From the NCBI GenBank assembly GCA_963826715.1, contig CAWGYA010000006.1, positions 128,001 to 192,000 of the forward strand: 64,000 nt of DNA, in the 5' to 3' direction. Every line of letters begins with the position of its first letter. Positions within the stretch are counted from its first letter, which is position 1. The notes beneath the pieces are model-generated. The model was not told the origin of the DNA. It searched no databases and was given only the letters and a program-made list of their open reading frames with translations. This stretch comes from Candidatus Bathyarchaeota archaeon (lineage in GTDB: Archaea; Thermoproteota; Bathyarchaeia; Bathyarchaeales; Bathycorpusculaceae). Below are positions 40,049 to 48,179 of this stretch, one piece after another. Made by a program: the position numbers and the translations under genes.

Positions 40049-42739
40049 TTATTTTTTATTGCTATTGTTAACTACCGGTACATATCCGCTGCTTTGATTG
40101 ATTTCTTTGATGATGTTGGTTGCATGTACGCCATGTTCAAGCAGATAAGAACGAGAAAGATACCTTTCGAAATCATTAGATTTACTGTAGAGTAACTGCA
40201 TTTCGTCGAAGGATTCCATATCTTCAGGTTTTCCGCGTCCACCAACTACAAGTACTCTGGTTATCCAAGGATCTCGAGATTCCACGACACGAACAGTGAT
40301 AGTTCTGGAAACTTCACTTGTAACGTAGCCTGCCAACGCAGTATAAACTTCCTGCGACATATCCTCAGTCCACATTTTTGGTGGAGTGGAAACAGTTACC
40401 CAGATATAGTCGGTTTTGTAAGTTGGCTTGTAACCCAAAATTGTCGGAGTCTTGAATGAGCGAACAACACTTTTTATGTAGTCTTTGAAGTGATCCATGT
40501 CTAAGATATCTTTGTAGATTAAGTCGTGGGTTAAGCCCTCTTCTTGGTCCGTGAGTATCTTGAAAATAATTTTCAGTTGTTCGCGTTCTGTCAAGTCCGC
40601 AGATTTTTCGAAGTACCGTTTAGGTGAAGCTATTTGGGTCATCTTCGCCGTGTATTCGGAGTAGGCATCAACAATTTTGTTTAAACGTTTACGGTATTCA
40701 GAGGTTAATTCAAAACGTCTAGCCAACTTTTCGTAAAGCTTTATGGTACTGTCTACTTTGGCAAGGTTCTCGAGGGCAATAGCTTCCTCTTCGGCTATTC
40801 GTCTAATGTCTAGATCAATATTCATCAATTGCTCGCGTGCATATCGTTTAGAGCCAAAGAATTTGCGCGCTTGCACATCCAACTTATGTTTATCGAATTC
40901 TTTACGTTTCTTAACTTCTGCAACACGCAAAGCTTCATTGTCGAGAACACCTCGTTTCTGCAAGCGCTTAGCTAAAATTTCATTGATGTATGTGAGGTGC
41001 TCATCAATCATCTTGGATTCGTCGCTGGGTGTACGAAGCATAAGCTGTATTACGAGATAAAGCGTTCCAAGTTCTTTTTGAATATCATGTAACTCTTGCA
41101 GTTCCATTTCGGATTCAGGCAGAACCTCGTAGTAGCGGATAAGTGCATCAGTTAAATAGCGAGTTTCATCATAGAATTTAAGTAGATTGAGGGTTTTCTC
41201 GGCGATTTCAGTGATGTTCACCAAGTCATCAAGAACTTTCTTTTGGCGAAGCGTGAATACTTGCGAGCTGGGGATAAGCTGCTTTAAGCGCTCAAGGATT
41301 TCAGCTTTGCGTTCCGAAAAATCCAGATGTGTTTTTGTTAAGTTTGTAAGTAGGGCTTCTAAGTTGTTCACTTTTCGGGAGCCCTCCTTGCGCAGTGAAA
41401 GATTGATTATGGCTTCTTCAATAGGTCCTATTTTACCCATTAGTTTTATGGTTGAGAGGAATTTCATTATATCCTCTATCCAGTTTCTAGCTTGAATCTC
41501 GATACCTTTTACGTGCAGTGCAATGTCCTCTTCAAGTCGCGGATTGCTATTGACAACAGTCTTTAGTTTCTCCTCAAATTGTTCCTCATTGAAGGTTCCG
41601 CTTTTTATGAAATAGTTTTTGAATAGTTCACGCACAACGTCATTGTCAACTTTGACAATGCTATCTATTTCATCGATAATGTTGAGCTTTTCTTTTCTGG
41701 ATTCCTGCAAAAACTGCATGCCTTCAAAGTTAAGTTTGAAAGCGGCAATATAGTCTTCAACTGGATACATCACTTTAACCATGCCAAGAGTATGTGTTGA
41801 ATTGGTTGTTAATCCGACCTCGGTGCCGATACCACCCATCAAGTCTGCTAGGTCAAAGTCCATAAGAACATAGAGTAAATCAACAACCATGGCATCCATT
41901 TCTTTTCGGGCGCTTACGATGTTACCGACTTTTGAGAATGCTGGAAGTAACGGCAAATAAATTAGGGCATTGAGGGGGTTTCGATAGACATCACCAAACA
42001 CTTTGCATACGTATTCATTGTAATCTTTGTTTAACAATAAAGATAGCTCATTCATAGCAACAAAGGCTGAGCACCCTTTTGCTGGAGGGTCATCTCCACC
42101 ACAGGGGGTAATCACAAAGGCAATTATAGGAACACCTGAACCTAAAACCTTACGCAGGTGTCTAGAGAAATCAAAGAATACACCGCTACCTGTGCCGCCG
42201 CCTAAACCGTAAACCAAAGCAACTGTTGGCGTAACTATTGATGAAAGCGCTTGCTCTTTGAAGGCAGTGATGCAGTTTTTAATGATACCGAGTTGGTAAT
42301 AGTTCAAAGCGTAAATAGCTTTAGCAAGTGCACGTCTTCGCCCAGCACCACCCGCCATCGGAGGAACCGCCATTGTTGATTGGAGCCAAGGAATATAAGT
42401 TGCAAGTTTTGCGCCCTCATTGGTGACGTATTCTCCGTATTTTTGGTTGATAAAGTCAAACATTGCTTCTGCTGTTGGGAACTTGACAGATTCGGCAATT
42501 AGCCTCATGCGTTCTTTGGGTACACCTGCTTTTGCGAGGGCTTTAGAGATTTGAGCGTGAGTTTCCTGAAGACTACGGATTTCTGGATCAGCAATGTCGA
42601 TGGCTAACAGAGAAAGACGTGTTAAGTCGTTCTCTATTAATTCCTTGGTTTTTTTGTTGGCTAAGAAGGTTTCAACAATATTTGTGCCTGCTGAACCCAA
42701 ACCAATCAGATGAACACTATTCTGGTAGATTCTCGTTGT
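40049..42739 (-). CDS. tubulin/FtsZ-superfamily GTPase with a long coiled-coil insertion
   Basis: VHLIGLGSAGTNIVE, LLAIDIAD, GGAGRRR, YGLGGGTGSG, VITPCGGD, DFDLADL. The frame is open from 42739; the first TTG (42700) lies inside the T1 motif. Confidence 0.85.
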   Translation of the reverse strand, partial: TTRIYQNSVHLIGLGSAGTNIVETFLANKKTKELIENDLTRLSLLAIDIADPEIRSLQETHAQISKALAKAGVPKERMRLIAESVKFPTAEAMFDFINQKYGEYVTNEGAKLATYIPWLQSTMAVPPMAGGAGRRRALAKAIYALNYYQLGIIKNCITAFKEQALSSIVTPTVALVYGLGGGTGSGVFFDFSRHLRKVLGSGVPIIAFVITPCGGDDPPAKGCSAFVAMNELSLLLNKDYNEYVCKVFGDVYRNPLNALIYLPLLPAFSKVGNIVSARKEMDAMVVDLLYVLMDFDLADLMGGIGTEVGLTTNSTHTLGMVKVMYPVEDYIAAFKLNFEGMQFLQESRKEKLNIIDEIDSIVKVDNDVVRELFKNYFIKSGTFNEEQFEEKLKTVVNSNPRLEEDIALHVKGIEIQARNWIEDIMKFLSTIKLMGKIGPIEEAIINLSLRKEGSRKVNNLEALLTNLTKTHLDFSERKAEILERLKQLIPSSQVFTLRQKKVLDDLVNITEIAEKTLNLLKFYDETRYLTDALIRYYEVLPESEMELQELHDIQKELGTLYLVIQLMLRTPSDESKMIDEHLTYINEILAKRLQKRGVLDNEALRVAEVKKRKEFDKHKLDVQARKFFGSKRYAREQLMNIDLDIRRIAEEEAIALENLAKVDSTIKLYEKLARRFELTSEYRKRLNKIVDAYSEYTAKMTQIASPKRYFEKSADLTEREQLKIIFKILTDQEEGLTHDLIYKDILDMDHFKDYIKSVVRSFKTPTILGYKPTYKTDYIWVTVSTPPKMWTEDMSQEVYTALAGYVTSEVSRTITVRVVESRDPWITRVLVVGGRGKPEDMESFDEMQLLYSKSNDFERYLSRSYLLEHGVHATNIIKEINQSSGYVPVVNNSNKK

Positions 42740-42742
42740 CTA

Positions 42743-43690
42743 TCACATCCCGACTATTCTTTTTAGTCTATCCTTAACAGATTCCAAGTTAGTTGACATT
42801 GCACGGTCAAGTCTTGCCGCACGCATTGTTAGACCCTCTAAGTCCTTAATTTGATCTTCAACAACCAATTGGAAATAACTTATTTTGCCGCGGGCTCTTA
42901 GAAACAAAACTACAAACACTACTGCTATTGCCGCTGTTACACCGACAATTGGCAAAAAGAGCATTTGCAAAGTTGAGCCTGCTGGCACTCCAGTGGTATC
43001 CAAGCTATCTAGCATTATGAGTGCACCGTCAACGTCACCAGTGTTAGCCACTTCTTGGGCTGCATTAAGACCATTACTATAGAGTTCTATAAAATACTGA
43101 TCCACGCCATTATCAATCAATGACTGCAGTTTATCCTCTTTTTGGCTAAGTAGTGTTAAGAAATTATCCATTTTTGCGCTAGTTGCAGTAATTGTGATTT
43201 TATCAAGGGCAACTCCACCCGATGGACCAAATAAGCTAAGAGCAGTCAGGGATTTAGTGTTGTTGCTACTTGTTGGAACTTTTCCGTATAATGTAATAGT
43301 AAATTGCCCAGCAACCCAGTTAAACTCTGTAGAAGCTGTGTTGGGGCTGAATGCTGAACCTAAATCATAATCTGATGTTTCGATTGACCAATATGGACCT
43401 GAAGTTGGTTTCAACAGACCTGAAGTAAGTTTAAGATTACCGGAACCAGAAGCAATGACGTTAACGTCAAAAGTTACTTTTATGCTAGCTCCAGGCAAAA
43501 TTGGTGAGTAACTATCTGTTCTATTTGTGCTTGGGTTATATTGCGCTAGAAGCTGGTTTGTCTGGGCATCATAGATTGAGAAACTTGTTATCCAACTTCC
43601 TTCCCCTACACCTTGAACAAATGTTGTTTGAGTTAAAAATATGACAGTAAGTATTAGGATAATGCTTGAGGCTAAGATCTTTTTTTTCAT
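42743..43690 (-). CDS. secreted beta-rich protein with C-terminal TM anchor and cytoplasmic coiled-coil tail
   Basis: Signal peptide; S/T-rich beta domain; helical stalk; TM LFLPIVGVTAAIAVVFVVLFL; tail EDQIKDLEGLTMRAARLD. Confidence 0.75.
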   Translation of the reverse strand: MKKKILASSIILILTVIFLTQTTFVQGVGEGSWITSFSIYDAQTNQLLAQYNPSTNRTDSYSPILPGASIKVTFDVNVIASGSGNLKLTSGLLKPTSGPYWSIETSDYDLGSAFSPNTASTEFNWVAGQFTITLYGKVPTSSNNTKSLTALSLFGPSGGVALDKITITATSAKMDNFLTLLSQKEDKLQSLIDNGVDQYFIELYSNGLNAAQEVANTGDVDGALIMLDSLDTTGVPAGSTLQMLFLPIVGVTAAIAVVFVVLFLRARGKISYFQLVVEDQIKDLEGLTMRAARLDRAMSTNLESVKDRLKRIVGM

Positions 43691-44124
43691 TTTGACCCCT
43701 TTCAGACTTTCTTAAAGATACATATAACACTTATGCTTTTCCAATCCATGAAGAAAATTATTAATACCCAATGATTTCTCTCAAAATCAAATAAACAAAC
43801 CTTTAATCTTAGCTGTTAATCAGGATTCAAACAGTTACTCAAATTTTTGATAAGCAAGTGTAGTATATTTTCAAAACTCAAAAAGGCTAAACGCTTATCA
43901 AAGTTTCAAAAAGTAGCCTTTAAAGTGTACTTCCATAAAAATATTCAATTTTGCAAAATTATTTCAGCAAAGCATAGAAAAATCGAACATATACACTTTC
44001 TAATAAAACTATTTTTGCGCACCCTTTCGCCACTGTATCCAAAATAAAAAGTTTCAACAAAATTCCAATAGTTTTACTACTGACAATAAAGAATAAAACC
44101 CCGCAACATCACCATTGTGGCACA

Positions 44125-45063
44125 GTGATTACATTGGAAATCGTAAACGTCCGTTTACCCAAAAAAATCATACTAGACATTGACAAACTTGCCAAAAAAC
44201 ATAGTCTAACCCGTTCAGAAGTTCTTCGCCAAGCCCTAACCATTTACCTGCATTTAACCGAAAACGTCGGCACCATGCTGCGACCAATAGTTTTCCAAGT
44301 TAAACCCGCTCAAATCAGCTACACCCGACGCGGTGACGTATCAATATTAAAAATGCCAACAGGTCACGCTATAGTAGCTGGTTCGACATCCAGCGGCGCC
44401 GTTGGTCCTAAAAAGATGGATGAAGTGAAAGTTGATGGTCAGGTGCTGGGCAAGTTTTTGGCACGAGTTGCACTTATGGATGTAACAGCAATGGGTGCTT
44501 TCCCACTACTGTTGTCAGTTACACTAGGCGTGGAAAAAGAGCCAACGGGCAATGAAATAATTGAAGGCATCAGCCGAGTAGCCCGAAGCATAGGCTTAGA
44601 CCCCAACCAAGTGATCATGGAAAACACCGAGGACAACTTTCAAACATTACAGACGGGAGCAGGTTTAACCGTGTTAGGCTTAGCAAACGAGAACGAGTTA
44701 CGGCTTGGCAAAACTTTACCTGGTGATTTAATTGTTGCAGTCGGCAAGCCAAAAGTCGGCGAAGAAGTCATCATGGCAGAAGCACACGGTGAAATAGCAG
44801 AGCTCAAAAATGTAACACAACTTACTCAAAGAAAATACGTTCACGACATTGCACCAGTAGGGGGCTTCGGGATTGCTAGTGAAGCCAAAATGATGGCGTA
44901 CGGTGTGGGACGACAGTTAAGGTTTATGGAGACAACAGAACTAGATTTAGATACGTCAGCTGGTCCAGCCACAGTTGTGCTTGCAACCATCGATAGGGAG
45001 CGGCTTGAGGATTTACGAACGCTTATCCCAAAACCTATCAACGTTATAGGAGAAATACTTTAA
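44125..45063 (+). CDS. ribbon-helix-helix domain fused to an AIR-synthase-fold alpha-ribazole kinase (CblS-like)
   Basis: IVNVRLPKKIILDIDKLAKKHSLTRSEVLRQAL (RHH); GAVGPKKMDEVKV..LGKFLARVALMDV..GA.P, EKEPTGNEIIEGI, TEDNF, GKPKVGEEV, SAGPATVVL. Confidence 0.7.
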   Translation: MITLEIVNVRLPKKIILDIDKLAKKHSLTRSEVLRQALTIYLHLTENVGTMLRPIVFQVKPAQISYTRRGDVSILKMPTGHAIVAGSTSSGAVGPKKMDEVKVDGQVLGKFLARVALMDVTAMGAFPLLLSVTLGVEKEPTGNEIIEGISRVARSIGLDPNQVIMENTEDNFQTLQTGAGLTVLGLANENELRLGKTLPGDLIVAVGKPKVGEEVIMAEAHGEIAELKNVTQLTQRKYVHDIAPVGGFGIASEAKMMAYGVGRQLRFMETTELDLDTSAGPATVVLATIDRERLEDLRTLIPKPINVIGEIL

Positions 45064-45539
45064 CCGAGATGCCTCAACATGTGTCCGTTGCGGTCAATTT
45101 CTCCGCTTATAATACGTGTAGTAGAGATGGGGCATTCATTTTCTGCTTGAACCATTTCCACTGTAACTATATCAAGATGCAACAAACCCACTTTTTGACG
45201 TTTCACGTTAATAATTTGTGCAATCTGGGCTGTTTCTTGGCTTACAATTATAGCTTCCAAACCTTTTGCTGACAGGGTTAAACCGACAGGATCGTTAAGC
45301 GGCACAATTTCAGACCTCCTTAATAACCCAGATGCCGCTAAATACCCGTTGAGTTCTCCAAGGCGTTTTGTATAGGACGAAGTTTTGTGGGGCTTATCCA
45401 ATCGTGAAACAAATCGGTCAGATGTTAAGCCGATAACCACATTTTTTCCAACCTCAAAAGCTTTAGCCAACAACGCTTCGTGCCCTCTGTGGAGCTGGTC
45501 GAAGGTTCCGCCAACAGCTACTTTTTTGAATCTTTTCAT
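45060..45539 (-). CDS. coaD: phosphopantetheine adenylyltransferase (archaeal/eukaryotic type)
   Basis: VAVGGTFDQLHRGH, IIVSQET, ISTTRI. Confidence 0.9.
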   Translation of the reverse strand: MKRFKKVAVGGTFDQLHRGHEALLAKAFEVGKNVVIGLTSDRFVSRLDKPHKTSSYTKRLGELNGYLAASGLLRRSEIVPLNDPVGLTLSAKGLEAIIVSQETAQIAQIINVKRQKVGLLHLDIVTVEMVQAENECPISTTRIISGEIDRNGHMLRHLG

Positions 45540-46462
45540 TTTATCAGCCTAAAGCCTTGAAAATCTATTTCGCTAATGAACACTTGATTTGAGGGCAAGG
45601 TTCGCTTAAAAGCTTCTGCCACCATGTTAGCGTTTTTCTCTTCAACCACTGCATGTACAGCTTCACCAATCATGTTCTGAGCGGCACCTACAGCCCCTGC
45701 TTCCTTAGCTGCATCCACAAGTTTGTATATTCTCTCGGTAGCAAAACCAGCCGCCTGGGAAAAATCCCAGCAGTACTTCAAAAAATTATCGAGACAGGGC
45801 TTTTGAAGTATGGCTTTTAAAGCTTTTCTACCTAATCCTTTGATTTCCTGTTTTTTCTCTTTGGATGATAAAACCGATTTAGGGATACATTCGGAATAGT
45901 AACCAACGACAATTTTGTAATTAGATGGGATAGGGATGCGGTCGATTTGACAGACACCAGGGGCACCTGCTTTTATTACGAGGATGAGTCCGCCGCCAAA
46001 ATTAAGTGAGCTAACGGTTCCCAAGCCTGTATGGCACTGGATTTCTGAGATGTGGGCAGCTTGCCCGATTTGGTTAAAGGTCAAGGCTAAGTTAAGGGCT
46101 TCTTTTAATGCTAATCCAGCGGTTAATGCACCACCTGCGCTCGTCCCAAATCCCATGCCTATTGGAACCTCAATCTGGTGCTCAACAGTGATTGCGTATT
46201 TCTTCTTCGTTTGTTGAAGAAGCATTTCAATTGTGTGACGCGTGGTTTTGGCTTGACTATGCTGGTTGTTAATAGTAATGTTGATATTATTTTTTTCAGC
46301 CGGTATCGCGGTAACGGTTGTGTAAATGCCTTTTGTGAGACCGAAGCCTCCGCCTATAGCACCAATTTGGCGTATATCCACTATGGGTTTACCGCCTTGG
46401 GTGTCATGGATTTCAAAAAAGCTAGAAATTGCACCTGGCGCGAAGGATTTAGCTTTTTTCAA
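45536..46462 (-). CDS. pantoate kinase (GHMP family)
   Basis: FAPGAISSFF, PIGMGFGTSAG, AHISEIQCHTGLGTV, AQNMIGEAVHA; operonic with coaD. Confidence 0.85.
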   Translation of the reverse strand: MKKAKSFAPGAISSFFEIHDTQGGKPIVDIRQIGAIGGGFGLTKGIYTTVTAIPAEKNNINITINNQHSQAKTTRHTIEMLLQQTKKKYAITVEHQIEVPIGMGFGTSAGGALTAGLALKEALNLALTFNQIGQAAHISEIQCHTGLGTVSSLNFGGGLILVIKAGAPGVCQIDRIPIPSNYKIVVGYYSECIPKSVLSSKEKKQEIKGLGRKALKAILQKPCLDNFLKYCWDFSQAAGFATERIYKLVDAAKEAGAVGAAQNMIGEAVHAVVEEKNANMVAEAFKRTLPSNQVFISEIDFQGFRLIK

Positions 46463-46472
46463 GATTTATCCC

Positions 46473-47207
46473 TTAGTTTAACGTTCGTCTTAAGCTTGGG
46501 AATGCTCTATAACATGCTTTTATAACTGGTGGTCCGACAAGCAAAATAAAAGGGACCTCTGTGGCAAAAGTCCAGACGAACAGTGGTAGAACTAGAGACG
46601 CTGCAAAGGGAACCCCGAAGTAAGAAAGGAAAAATGGGCTCGCTAACCACACAGTAACAGATAGCAAGATAGCTCCCACGATTTGCCCAGCGACAGCACC
46701 AATGGCATAGCTTCTCCATTCGACCCAGCGGATAGAGACAACTGCGATTGTAACTAAACTTCCAACAATTGTTAAAACGAACGTTAAAATGATAACCTGA
46801 GAGGCCAAACCTGTAAGAGCTTCAAAATCCGGAAGAAACACCAGAGTAGGGACTAACAAACCCACAGCAGCCAAAGTCACACCTGTAAGTGCTTGTTTCA
46901 GGCTTATGTTTCTAAAAGATATGTATCCAATTAAGAAAAACAGCAGAAAGTTCGCCGGCACACCTGCCACAAGGCTTAAGGCCGCGTTACCGTGAACAAA
47001 CATATCTCTTATGAAGATACCAATAGCGCCGCTTAATCCCCCAACCCAAGGACCATACAATGCAGCGAAGATCGCAGGAATGACAACAGCAGGCAAAAAA
47101 CCGATTCCAAAGAAACTAAAATTTGCAGTTAAAATTCCAAATACCGCGTAGAGTGCTGAACAAATTCCAATTACAGCTATGTCTTGAGTTTTAAAGTGAG
47201 TATTCAA
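46473..47207 (-). CDS. ECF transporter S component
   Basis: DIAVIGICSALYA, FLPAVVIPAIFAALYGPWVGGLSGAIG; multiple TM. Confidence 0.8.
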   Translation of the reverse strand: MNTHFKTQDIAVIGICSALYAVFGILTANFSFFGIGFLPAVVIPAIFAALYGPWVGGLSGAIGIFIRDMFVHGNAALSLVAGVPANFLLFFLIGYISFRNISLKQALTGVTLAAVGLLVPTLVFLPDFEALTGLASQVIILTFVLTIVGSLVTIAVVSIRWVEWRSYAIGAVAGQIVGAILLSVTVWLASPFFLSYFGVPFAASLVLPLFVWTFATEVPFILLVGPPVIKACYRAFPSLRRTLN

Positions 47208-47313
47208 GTAATATCCCTTAAACTGAGCTTACTCTTCAGATATTATGACGCAAATAAGTATTCCGTATATATGGTTTAGACACGATTAGATTAATGATAA
47301 GATGATGATACAA

Positions 47314-47631
47314 CTAAGTTATTTTTGTTTGCCTTTTTAGAAGTTCCTCGTGATCACGTAAATATTCTTTCTTCGAGTAAATGTATCGTTGGTTGCTTTC
47401 GGGTAGGGGTGATTGGTGTTTGTAGCCACGTTTCTGCATTTCCAAGACTTGTTCGCCATGCCTATAGTATAGTTGTTCTATTCTGTTTTGGAACCGTAGG
47501 GTCTGTGGGTGATGTTGGTATGATTTGTATTTTCTCTGCAGTGCGCCTACTATGCAGTGAAGTTCTGCGTGTTCGCCAAGCAGATGCTGGCGGTCGAGTT
47601 CGCTTACAGGAACACACCAGATTCTAACCAT
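47314..47631 (-). CDS. pyrimidine-dimer DNA glycosylase / T4 endonuclease V family
   Basis: MVRIWCVPVSELDRQHLLGEHAELH...HP...RH..EMQKRGY resembles DenV N-terminus (MTRINL..VSELADQHLMAEYRELP). Confidence 0.8.
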   Translation of the reverse strand: MVRIWCVPVSELDRQHLLGEHAELHCIVGALQRKYKSYQHHPQTLRFQNRIEQLYYRHGEQVLEMQKRGYKHQSPLPESNQRYIYSKKEYLRDHEELLKRQTKIT

Positions 47632-47684
47632 ACCTAATTAACCGTTTTAAAACCTATAATGAACGCTAAATCAAACAAGCGAAG

Positions 47685-48020
47685 CTATTTTTTATGTCTT
47701 TTAATTCTGTCTTGCCGTTGTTCTTTCTTGCGCCAATCCCTCTTCCGTTGCGTCTGCATCGAGAAACGTTCTTGTCGTGGAGCATCCGTCTTCCGGAAAC
47801 GTGAAACATTCATGTAGAAGGTTTCTGGATCTATTTTGTTCTCGGACAATTCTTGAATATTTCTGTTAAGTTCAGTTTTTGCATATTCGTCACGCGCCTT
47901 ATCGAAGGCTTCTTCATAAACAAGGTATGCAGCGTGGAACTGAAAATTCTCAGGGTCATCAACTAAAAGTTTTTCAATTTGGGTTTGGGGGTTGTTTTGC
48001 TCGTTTGGTTGTTCGCTCAT
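47685..48020 (-). CDS. hypothetical protein with basic C-terminus
   Basis: ORF; ATG 48020. Confidence 0.6.
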   Translation of the reverse strand: MSEQPNEQNNPQTQIEKLLVDDPENFQFHAAYLVYEEAFDKARDEYAKTELNRNIQELSENKIDPETFYMNVSRFRKTDAPRQERFSMQTQRKRDWRKKEQRQDRIKRHKK

Positions 48021-48179
48021 GTTTAATCCGCTTTGATGTAGGCAATGATTGTTTTTCACCCTTTTATAGGTGGTGCCTCAAAGACTCTGGGTTTGAGGAA
48101 TTTTGCTGTAAATTTACCTCTCAAACGGTATAACAATTTTAATAAGGACGATACTTAACGATTTGTTGGAGAAATCATC

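Noticed and set aside
22300-42742. In-frame TAG just before two genes (22302, 42742) as pyrrolysine or a start signal
   Set aside because: Only two cases, both upstream of plausible alternative starts; the 42742 TAG follows a TGA stop; no pyl genes in the window.
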